From a virus (lineage: Duplodnaviria; Caudoviricetes), in the IMG/VR virus record IMGVR_UViG_3300037047_000246: a DNA stretch of 64,000 nt; one strand, given 5' to 3'. Made by a program: the position numbers and the translations under genes. Below are positions 20,001 through 27,553 of this stretch, piece by piece (within the stretch, counting starts at the first letter, position 1; each line of letters starts with the position of its first letter). The notes beneath the pieces were generated by a model. It did no database searches, was not told the origin of the DNA, and saw nothing but the letters and a program-made list of their open reading frames with translations.

Positions 20001-21757
20001 ACCGAGTATTTACAGGTGCCGGCACAGCTGTGAACCTGCTGCGCGACGACTGCGACGCTGCCACGGTGTTGCTGGACTTCGATGCCAACGAGGACTTGTA
20101 CTTCATTTTGAGTGCAGATGCGCTTGATTTGAGCAAGGCTCCTTCAGGCACCACGTTCGACTCGGCCAATTTCTTGGTCGAGTGCACGCTGTTCGCATTC
20201 GACAGGGGGTTTTTGCAGACCAATGCGCGTCTGCTCGTAGCCAAGTCGGGACAGTTCATTCCGGTTGGCGTCAATGAGTTTACTGGCGCAAGCGACAACA
20301 CTGTCGGCCTCATAACTCCGGCCCCGATGTCTCTTAACGCGGTGAACAACGAAATCACCTTGTACTACAGCAGAATGCCATACCAGGGCGACGTGTTCGG
20401 CACTCAGGGCGCCTACTCTGACGATTTGCAGCGTCTGGGTCCGCTCACTGTCGGAGAAGCCCAAGCTGTGTTCCAGCACCCTCTCGGCAGTCCTGACACG
20501 CTGACGCTAAAGAACCGGGCCGGGTTCGAGGTGTTGGCCTCGCTTTCGTTCGTCACCTCTCTCGGCACTGGCCGGTTGTCCGGCTCCACGCCCATTCCTA
20601 TACTGAGCGCGGTCAGCAATCCTGACGGACCGCCCAGCTGGGCCGGCACGCTTGTCGACATGGACCGCAGGTTTTCCATGAACCGGGTCGGGTACGAAGA
20701 TTGGGCTGCGCCCAGGTATCCCGTCACCGCCGCGTCTGTGGCATCTCGCCCTCAAATAAAGCGCGGCGCAATGTCTGAGAACTACGACAGAGACCTGCAT
20801 CCGGAGTTTGCCGGATGCGTGTCCAATTTGCCTCTCGGCGTATATTTCCGCGACAAGGACTTCGTTGGAAAGACGCTATACCAGACTCGCTCTGCGTCCT
20901 CTGGCGCTGCCATCTCTGTCGGCACGTTGTCTTTCCAGCCGTTTCAGTCTTCGCAAGCCGTGGCCGGGGCTGGTCTGCCAAAGTGGGAAGGTACGGAGTT
21001 TGTGTGCGGCAACGCTTCTAACGTCACCGGCAACGGGGGCGAGTCGCTGGTGAGAGTTGACGGCACATCTGTCGTCACCGACGTGCACAATTTCAAGACG
21101 ACTCGTGGCGGGGCTGCCTACTCTGTCACCTCTCCGTGGGCAGGCTCCGACATCTCTGCCAAACTCGCAAAAGCCAAGCCGAATTCGGAAGTTGGTGCCG
21201 TCGTAGCTGGAGTGGCCTATCTCGTCCGTTCCCAACCCGAGACCATCAACTCCTCAGAAGTGCACCCCGGGCACGAACTGCAAATGATGATCGTGACCCA
21301 AGCGTCTCCGGCCTACTTCAGGGAAACTGAAGTCGTGCACTCTGCAGCCGGCCGCAACGAGGGATTCACCGCCGCCGACAGGTTCCGCGTCTGGGGTCGG
21401 CCGCTAGAGAAGCGCCGCGGCGGCGTGGACGTTGAAATAATCCCTACTGCCAGGCCGGTGTTTATCAACAACGTGTGGGACGATCCCATCTTTTACGGAT
21501 CCAGCGACCCCAGCACTCAAGCCTTCAAACAAGAAACTGTTTTGGTGTCTTACGCCGGCCAAACGTCTTTTCCCAACGCTCTGAGCGCCAGGCCGCTGGA
21601 TCCGACCACAGTGCAAGCGTGGCTCGGAGGACTGAAGCTGCAGTACGGCGTGGACTATTCCATAACGGGTTCTCCAATTTTCCGCGACTTCGTCTACACC
21701 GGCATCCCGGCCCTCAAGACCACAGACACGCTGGAAATATGGTACGCTGCCATATAG
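17084..21757 (+). CDS. Large (1557 aa) baseplate/tail structural protein
   Basis: N-terminal domain paralogous to 13737-16304; C-terminal small Ig-like domain (GQTSF...GVDYSI...DTLEIWY). Confidence 0.6.
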   Translation: MPTNPLGPGVSRFIDDRDYQYAAVVFQKVRPPCDSELNLISLMDLEARAETVRARYPSGWLMDVSNPYVDYRTDPSYSNHFYFGRNSSVEVRNITWAVVNGWLIPVAGTRTGSPPLAPDDVNTWNKIALNPPSTSTGGNRAEFAFLEVWLARIDVDPAPPAVADGKPQRGAVWRFGNVEGGFSFLPDGIVDPDMNYETTKRVQIQYRIRVVAGVNMAQSPDGFDKTSVFAQGGLASPGAIPFENMRKQLGDPGLWRAGTGDPATFGTADGYVYAVPLCAVFRRNSAGFSDVGNLAGAFNRNSLAANRDGDAVYLTSVDLPSDLLASDVSFVLTSISGTVLSTMTAFGEAYFRIDDEIIKIDSVLQTGPTSFVVNINRGALQTVIRDHKAGTALVLTTTRPDGLFADQIAASDVLDLRHAVAESYDYGTMLKTNLVELLKGNLRTSWKRYGSTNTAGPVVLYGDRITDSSIFVGGLSRLDAPSGNRRAFSDAVVTERYTVAARVPPNAGPVGSGLAVGVAPYNIQVDWTGATRGVGGRQQSGVDWWWNGDELTIRLSDFRSGLPTADADQVRFVLPAEDRDAVLVRFEGMTTDPNGGLGSVVDNSPSATEPTMLQGVDVYDPLGLRILRHGEGILVSINTSGDLVIRFSSDIDSTMLQEFTDAMTGFAAPTQSMADDTVAHIQFAVVYGAGRGLSHKPKHVHTVSWLGSPNNSSKVMTRPGLPTMNRMIPTYLGDSPLVQTGCNRNLARTSEVMVDPGSKTVYVAPYRNILSPKLLARSGYRLNWYGSSPVLYQGPMPKRSLDGSVEVHPDTDPLGLFFSQRLDGVANYAETRYVEIPIELMPRPGLHHIPIIAVTNGVFPSGLNFLVMSKEGPFGGNSNNTSSWNRNLVAYPDTGPGYYIVTPRPGETYGESVGARSIFGQKYVNTKIKSASGGQFKGIKFPPFLAPARITGVYLRDPIANPVVVDSPIFDDNRVFTGAGTAVNLLRDDCDAATVLLDFDANEDLYFILSADALDLSKAPSGTTFDSANFLVECTLFAFDRGFLQTNARLLVAKSGQFIPVGVNEFTGASDNTVGLITPAPMSLNAVNNEITLYYSRMPYQGDVFGTQGAYSDDLQRLGPLTVGEAQAVFQHPLGSPDTLTLKNRAGFEVLASLSFVTSLGTGRLSGSTPIPILSAVSNPDGPPSWAGTLVDMDRRFSMNRVGYEDWAAPRYPVTAASVASRPQIKRGAMSENYDRDLHPEFAGCVSNLPLGVYFRDKDFVGKTLYQTRSASSGAAISVGTLSFQPFQSSQAVAGAGLPKWEGTEFVCGNASNVTGNGGESLVRVDGTSVVTDVHNFKTTRGGAAYSVTSPWAGSDISAKLAKAKPNSEVGAVVAGVAYLVRSQPETINSSEVHPGHELQMMIVTQASPAYFRETEVVHSAAGRNEGFTAADRFRVWGRPLEKRRGGVDVEIIPTARPVFINNVWDDPIFYGSSDPSTQAFKQETVLVSYAGQTSFPNALSARPLDPTTVQAWLGGLKLQYGVDYSITGSPIFRDFVYTGIPALKTTDTLEIWYAAI

Positions 21758-21865
21758 CGCTGCTGTAGAACCTGCCCAATACTTCACGCTGGACCGGTTC
21801 ACTAGACCAATCGAAAGTGTCCTGCTCAGGTTATTATGGCCGAGATTGTTCGGCGCGTGCCGATG

Positions 21866-21870
21866 TGTAA
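21866..21870 (+). promoter_or_regulatory. TGTAA box upstream of the tail fibre gene
   Basis: TGTAAAG, 33 nt before the ATG. Confidence 0.4.
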
Positions 21871-21903
21871 AGACTGCTGTGTGGAGGCACGCCGGGAGAC
21901 GCC

Positions 21904-24900
21904 ATGACCAGGCCTCGAGCACTCCAGATCAATAATCCGCAAGTCGCATACACCAAGCAGTTGAATCTGGCGAGCGTTAGCTCGTCTTCAAAGAGCGTGG
22001 ACCGAGCTGTCTTGGAATCGGTTTCCACGACAAACGCGGTCGGCGGCACTTTGCAGTCTTTGCCGGCTGAGATGACCGGCACTGCAGGGCCGTTCACTGG
22101 CGTGACTACCGGCAATTCGTTCGGCATCAGGATGCCCGGCGTTCTTGGCGGCAACGTCGTGACCGTTGCATTCATCGGCAGCGATTTTCTTACCGTTGGA
22201 GCCGACACCAGCGTGCTGACTGCGGCCAGAGTTGCAGCCGCCATTCGGCGGGAGCTAGGAGCGGCAGTGGGCATAGGCGACGACGCCGAAGCGGCATGCG
22301 ACGTTCGAGGCTGCGTGCGTGTCTTCAGCCGCAAACACACGATGGCTGGGTGGGAGTTCGACTACGGCGACGACGCCTACGTGACACTGACTGAGTCAGG
22401 TCACACGCCCGGCATTTTGGCGAAGCTCGGATTCGGAGCCGTAGCATTCAAATCGAGCTGGGGTGCCACGGCTCCTGTGCGAGGCTTGCACACAAGCAGC
22501 CTGGATGTTGTGACAGGAGCGGGCAGCTTCGGCCCGAGCGGATCTTGCGCGTACGAAGGCAAAGCAGGATACTGCCAACTCAGGTATGTTAACGGCGAAG
22601 CCGTACTGACTGCCCCTACCCACAATGTGTGCTTCCCTGGCGCAGGTTCGCTCCCCAACGCTGTCGGCGGGCAAGCAGTGTACGCATACCTCAGCTACCC
22701 GTACTACCTGAACGCGAACGAGTGTCGGTTCAGCTTCTTTGCGCACGGGTATAGGAACGCTGCGATTGTTGGAGAGAACGGCGACTTCGCGTCCTTGGTG
22801 ACTGGGGACACTCTCGAAATTGAAATGGGAGTGGACGGACTGGTGTCGATCGTCCAGGTGCCGTTTGCCACCGGCACAGTGCTGTCTGTGGACGGCGCAG
22901 TGAACGCGGTGAACTCCACCTACTGGGCGGCGGGCTTCGGCACGGCTGTGGTGATAGCGTCTGTGCCAGAGCCGTACGAACTCGACGACACGGACTTTCT
23001 GCACATGCGGCGTGACGGCGTTCAGTGCATGTGCAGTTTTGCCAATGCCGTCGGCAAGACGTCTGCGCAAGACATTGCAGACGAAATAAACTCGGGGACG
23101 TTCGCCGGGTTCGCATCTGTGGTGAACGCAGGCGGCAAGAACTATCTGCAGCTGTCGTCAGATTTGCCTGCTGGACCTAACTCGTCTGTGCAGGTGTTGT
23201 CCTTGACCACAAAGGCCACGCTGGCGAAGCTCGGGCTGCAAGTGGGCATCGTCGCAGGTTCCAACATCTGCAGCAAAGTCGGCACAGAGATTCAGTTCCA
23301 GCTTCCGTTCTGCGATCCGGTGCCGGCCAAGATGGCGCAGTTTTACATTGTGCTGCGCAACGCGAGCGGAGACGCATGCAACAAACTGGGAATTAGGCCG
23401 GCCCAAGTCAATGTGCCAGAGTACGCATCCATGGGCGAGTTTGTGGCCGTGCCGCCGCCGTGGCCTGAGGCTGGGGCAAGCGCGGCTTCTGTGTACGTCA
23501 TGTTGCCTGAGGTGGTCGAGTACGGAGACATCGAACCTGACTTTGCGTCCACCGCCGCCAAGTTCCAAAACATCGACACTGTGCCGCAGCTGGACACGTC
23601 GACGAGAGGCATTGAGCAATCCGGCAAGCCGGCCACGTTGGACAGACAAGGCCTGGTGCCTTCGCATCTGCTTAGCAGCGCGCTGCCCGCCTTGTCTTTG
23701 GACACTTTGACCGTGGGCGCAAAGACTCCGGCAATGACGCCCAGGCTGAGCATGCCGTACTCTCGCAGCACTGGAACTTTGTCAGTTACTTTGCTGACAG
23801 AGTCCATCGGCGTACCCGCGACTGCGCCTCCGGCAACCGTCAAAAACACGTATGCGGAGAGAAACTACGCTTTCTCTTACATATTCGGAGGCGGCAACAC
23901 GGCGTCTCACGTGTCAACTTGGAATGCCAGGTGGCTGCCGTCTACCGGAAAGTGGACTAAAGACCTGGCAGACAAGTCTGCCAGCATGATTGCATTCGAC
24001 AACAACGGATATTGGCAACTTGGGGTGCAGTCTGCTGGAGACAACGCCGACTGGGAAGAATTCACCCGGATGGTGTTGATCAGAACAGACAACCCTGAAA
24101 GCGGACCCACGATAGAGCTGCTGTCAGGCGGATTCTATGCCAATGCGGACACACTGTTGTTTTCGGACAACAACATGGTGGGTATTGGCTCAGACTACAT
24201 GAAGCTGACGCAAGCCGACGCAGGCGCCCAGTTCCTGCGTCTGTCTGACGTGTTTCAGGCGCCGTCTGCGTCGTCGATAGTCAGGCATTTGAATTCAAGG
24301 ACGCACATCACAGTAGGAGACGGAGTCAACACGTTCGGCGATTTCAACGGCACGAACGGACTTATCGACGCTGTCGCGTTTTTGACCAGCACTCCGGCAA
24401 TAGGCACCAGGCGAGCCACCATTCACCTGAAGTCAGGTTCATATACCGGCGGCATTGCCATCGCGACAAACACCGGCATCATCGACCTGGAAATTGTCGG
24501 CATGCCTGGCGGCGACAACGTCACGGCCGCAGGAACGTACGGCACATGCATTATAGAGCAGCCGCTGAGCGACATGAACACGGTCACTTTCACCAGGACC
24601 GGCACGAGCATCGGGTCTTTGACCCTCAAAAACGTGGCGGTGCACGTGAGAGGGCTGTACTATGGAGTCGAAATGGTGGGAGGAGCTCACCTGCATATGG
24701 ACCGGTGCAGAGTGCAGTGCGTGTCCGTCAACAATCCGGCGGCACAATCTGACGGCGGCCAAGTGAAGCGAGCAGCAGTCAGCATTTCGAACTGTCGCTT
24801 GTCGGGTTCTCCCGACGCGGGCGGGAATGGTCCGCTCACGTTCAAGAATGTGGCGGCGGCCCCGGAGACGTTCGTCGTTGAAAACAGCACGTTCGCCTAC

Positions 24901-26439
24901 GGACTGGCCGAGCAAAGATGCGTGTACATCCACGCCAGCGCTGGCATCAGCAGCGTCGTGCGCATGGGAGCCCTGCAGTTCAAAAACTGCAAGTTCAATC
25001 TCTCCCCAGGCAAACTGGACAACGGCAATTTGACGGCAAACACCGGGTTGATCGACCTGAACCCCAACGGCAAGAACGTGCGCGCCGGCGCTGGTCTGAT
25101 CGTAGACAGCATCTTGTTTGAAGACTGCGACGTGGACGCTGTCTACACGGGTTCAGGATGGTCAAACATTCTGCTGCACTTGCTTCCAACAGCCAACGGC
25201 ACAGTGGCCAGCGGCGCGTCCGAATTCGCGTACGTCGACAATCTGTCATTCAATCGAACTCGCTTCAACTGGGTGCCTAATGCTGGCGCGACAGTCAGTC
25301 CGTTCACTGTCGCTTTCCGTGAGTACGGACGAGTGTCGTTTAACGGGTGCATATTCAACCGCAACAGTCTTGTTTTTCCAGCTTCATGCAAACAGGGATA
25401 CTGCACCGTTGACGTGGACTACGCCTTCACCACTATCGCGGACAACGAGTGGGGCGCTGTGTCTATGAGCTGCAATGAGATTGTGATTCGAGATTGTGAA
25501 TTCGACAGATTCGTCCTCGGAGGCGAAACGGGCGACTTGAATTTGCAGTGGTATAGAAACCTGGTTGCAACAGGTTTGGTGTTCAGCAATTACGACCTGA
25601 CTAATGAGTCCCTTCAACCGCTGAAGCGCATCAGACTCAATTGTCCAGTGATTACCGGAACTGGTTCCTTCAGCGCATCGCTTCTAGGGTCTTTGACAAC
25701 CCTTTCAACCGTAGGCAGTTGGGGAGGAAACTTCATCACTGTCCACGGATACAACTTGACAATTCACGATACGACGATACGCAATTTTGTGTGTACCATC
25801 CCTACAACCCCGGCGACAAACGGGATAGCAACAGTGGATGGGGACAGTTACGGGGTGTCCGTAGTTCAGTGCACCATAGACGGTGTCAAAAGCCCGGTAA
25901 AAATCATTGACACTGCAGGCAAAACGACTCTTTCTAGGTGCACTTTCACAAGATGTGTTGACGACGTGGATATCAATACTGCATACGACATAGAAGTTTC
26001 GAACTGCACAGTCACAGATTTTATTGGCAACTTCGGACTTAGAATAACTTACCGTAATGAGACACAAAGCATATTGGTGTGCAACAACACAGTCAAGGGC
26101 AACGGAGGCATTGGTTGCAACGCAGGCTTAACCAAATTCGCTCAAATTTGGTTCGGAAGCTCCGCTGGGGGCAAGGTATATCCTAACATCGTAGCAACCG
26201 GCAATAACTGCGGTGGGTACGGCATAACTCCAAATAACTGCATCATCAGGATCTTGAACAGGAACACAGGTTATGAGGCGGTTGGCCCCGGTAAGCATCT
26301 CACCAGCAACAACCTGGTCGGCCTGGAAACTTCGTACGACACTACAGGTCCAGGCACTGCCATACTGATTTTCGATGATGATGGGGAGTGTTTGCACAAC
26401 ATAGCCAGGCTCAGGAACAAGCTGGATGGCGAAGCATGA
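21904..26439 (+). CDS. Tail fibre/spike with C-terminal pectin-lyase-like right-handed beta-helix (putative receptor-binding depolymerase)
   Basis: ITVGDG...GDF, IHLKSGSY, then repeated ISNCRL/VENSTF/FKNCKF/FEDCDV/IRDCEF/VSNCTV parallel beta-helix rungs. Confidence 0.7.
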   Translation: MTRPRALQINNPQVAYTKQLNLASVSSSSKSVDRAVLESVSTTNAVGGTLQSLPAEMTGTAGPFTGVTTGNSFGIRMPGVLGGNVVTVAFIGSDFLTVGADTSVLTAARVAAAIRRELGAAVGIGDDAEAACDVRGCVRVFSRKHTMAGWEFDYGDDAYVTLTESGHTPGILAKLGFGAVAFKSSWGATAPVRGLHTSSLDVVTGAGSFGPSGSCAYEGKAGYCQLRYVNGEAVLTAPTHNVCFPGAGSLPNAVGGQAVYAYLSYPYYLNANECRFSFFAHGYRNAAIVGENGDFASLVTGDTLEIEMGVDGLVSIVQVPFATGTVLSVDGAVNAVNSTYWAAGFGTAVVIASVPEPYELDDTDFLHMRRDGVQCMCSFANAVGKTSAQDIADEINSGTFAGFASVVNAGGKNYLQLSSDLPAGPNSSVQVLSLTTKATLAKLGLQVGIVAGSNICSKVGTEIQFQLPFCDPVPAKMAQFYIVLRNASGDACNKLGIRPAQVNVPEYASMGEFVAVPPPWPEAGASAASVYVMLPEVVEYGDIEPDFASTAAKFQNIDTVPQLDTSTRGIEQSGKPATLDRQGLVPSHLLSSALPALSLDTLTVGAKTPAMTPRLSMPYSRSTGTLSVTLLTESIGVPATAPPATVKNTYAERNYAFSYIFGGGNTASHVSTWNARWLPSTGKWTKDLADKSASMIAFDNNGYWQLGVQSAGDNADWEEFTRMVLIRTDNPESGPTIELLSGGFYANADTLLFSDNNMVGIGSDYMKLTQADAGAQFLRLSDVFQAPSASSIVRHLNSRTHITVGDGVNTFGDFNGTNGLIDAVAFLTSTPAIGTRRATIHLKSGSYTGGIAIATNTGIIDLEIVGMPGGDNVTAAGTYGTCIIEQPLSDMNTVTFTRTGTSIGSLTLKNVAVHVRGLYYGVEMVGGAHLHMDRCRVQCVSVNNPAAQSDGGQVKRAAVSISNCRLSGSPDAGGNGPLTFKNVAAAPETFVVENSTFAYGLAEQRCVYIHASAGISSVVRMGALQFKNCKFNLSPGKLDNGNLTANTGLIDLNPNGKNVRAGAGLIVDSILFEDCDVDAVYTGSGWSNILLHLLPTANGTVASGASEFAYVDNLSFNRTRFNWVPNAGATVSPFTVAFREYGRVSFNGCIFNRNSLVFPASCKQGYCTVDVDYAFTTIADNEWGAVSMSCNEIVIRDCEFDRFVLGGETGDLNLQWYRNLVATGLVFSNYDLTNESLQPLKRIRLNCPVITGTGSFSASLLGSLTTLSTVGSWGGNFITVHGYNLTIHDTTIRNFVCTIPTTPATNGIATVDGDSYGVSVVQCTIDGVKSPVKIIDTAGKTTLSRCTFTRCVDDVDINTAYDIEVSNCTVTDFIGNFGLRITYRNETQSILVCNNTVKGNGGIGCNAGLTKFAQIWFGSSAGGKVYPNIVATGNNCGGYGITPNNCIIRILNRNTGYEAVGPGKHLTSNNLVGLETSYDTTGPGTAILIFDDDGECLHNIARLRNKLDGEA

Positions 26440-26915
26440 CGTACGTGAAAGCTTTCTTTCGGCGTCTGTACCAGATTGCCGTGCAGTACCCGCTGGCTGT
26501 GGCTGCCACTGTGTGCGTGGTGGTCGCATTTGTTCTACTGAAGATGTATGGGCGCAGCTTCGACATCGGTGGCATGCTGGGCAAATTGTGGGGCAAATCG
26601 CCCACGCCGGGCGTGAGAACGGCGGTGGTGGCTGCCAGATCGGCACACGGAAAACTGCTGACACCCGGCTCGCCTGACGAACGCGGGTACGTGCAGGCGC
26701 CAGTCACCACAGAAATCTTGCAGCCCGGGGCGTTCTCCAATCCGGACACCATAACAGTTGTGCACCCGGACAAAGGCGAAATCACCATTCTCTTGCCTAC
26801 TGGCGTCAAAAACAAGGACGTGCAGGAAGTGGTCGAAATCGAGCCTGGCGTGTACGAAATCAAGAACAACGATTCCGGAGTTGACACCGACGACGTAAGG
26901 AATGCGCTCCGATGA
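26436..26915 (+). CDS. Single-pass membrane protein (i-spanin-like position)
   Basis: ATGA overlap; one N-terminal TM segment (LAVAATVCVVVAFVLL). Confidence 0.55.
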   Translation: MTYVKAFFRRLYQIAVQYPLAVAATVCVVVAFVLLKMYGRSFDIGGMLGKLWGKSPTPGVRTAVVAARSAHGKLLTPGSPDERGYVQAPVTTEILQPGAFSNPDTITVVHPDKGEITILLPTGVKNKDVQEVVEIEPGVYEIKNNDSGVDTDDVRNALR

Positions 26916-27538
26916 AACTTGGTGTTTCAGCCGCTGCTGTTGTGGTGCTGACAGTTTGCTGGCCAGCTGCGGCGCAGGACGCGCCCGCGTGCCCTGCGCC
27001 GGGCAAATGCGTTTCGGCCGAGCAGAAGCAGAAGATTCTGCAAGCCATGGACGAGCTAGACAACATTCACCGCAGTCCAGCTGTGGTGACCTTGCAAGAC
27101 GACGTGGTGATTGTGCGGGACTGGCAGGACAGGGTGTACGTCAACGGTGGTGACATTGTGCCGCTGCGAGCGAAGCTCAAGATAGGCCGGCACGTGGACA
27201 GGGACCTGCACATCGTTCTTCGCCCCCAGTTGCAGTTCAGGGCGCAGCCCCCGGACCCGATGTTTAGGTTGAGAATTCGAGCTCAAGCGGGCTTGCTCGT
27301 GCCGCAGGCAGTTTCGTCAGTCGCCGGAGATGCGCAGCCTTTTTGGGACGGCGGGGTGTCGTGGGACTTCTTCCATTTGGGGCCGGTGAACCTTGCCGCC
27401 TACACTGGGGTCAGAAGCGCAGGCGCGGGCCCTGGTCTTGATTTGACCAAAAACTTTGGCCTGTCCGCAAGTTACGCGTTCATTTACGACGGCTCCAAAT
27501 CCAGTGCGATGCTGTCTGCTTATTTCAGTTTCAACTGA
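26912..27538 (+). CDS. Secreted protein with C-terminal amphipathic beta-strands (putative outer-membrane protein)
   Basis: Signal peptide ending AAA/Q; alternating-hydrophobic strands; ends AMLSAYFSFN. Confidence 0.55.
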   Translation: MKLGVSAAAVVVLTVCWPAAAQDAPACPAPGKCVSAEQKQKILQAMDELDNIHRSPAVVTLQDDVVIVRDWQDRVYVNGGDIVPLRAKLKIGRHVDRDLHIVLRPQLQFRAQPPDPMFRLRIRAQAGLLVPQAVSSVAGDAQPFWDGGVSWDFFHLGPVNLAAYTGVRSAGAGPGLDLTKNFGLSASYAFIYDGSKSSAMLSAYFSFN

Positions 27539-27543
27539 TGTAA
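27539..27543 (+). promoter_or_regulatory. TGTAA box upstream of the SNF2/replication operon
   Basis: ATGTAAG, 10 nt before the ATG. Confidence 0.4.
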
Positions 27544-27553
27544 GCTGGGGGCG

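Noticed and set aside
21904-26439. Diversity-generating retroelement target in the tail fibre
   Set aside because: No reverse transcriptase and no adenine-mismatched TR/VR pair was seen in the window.
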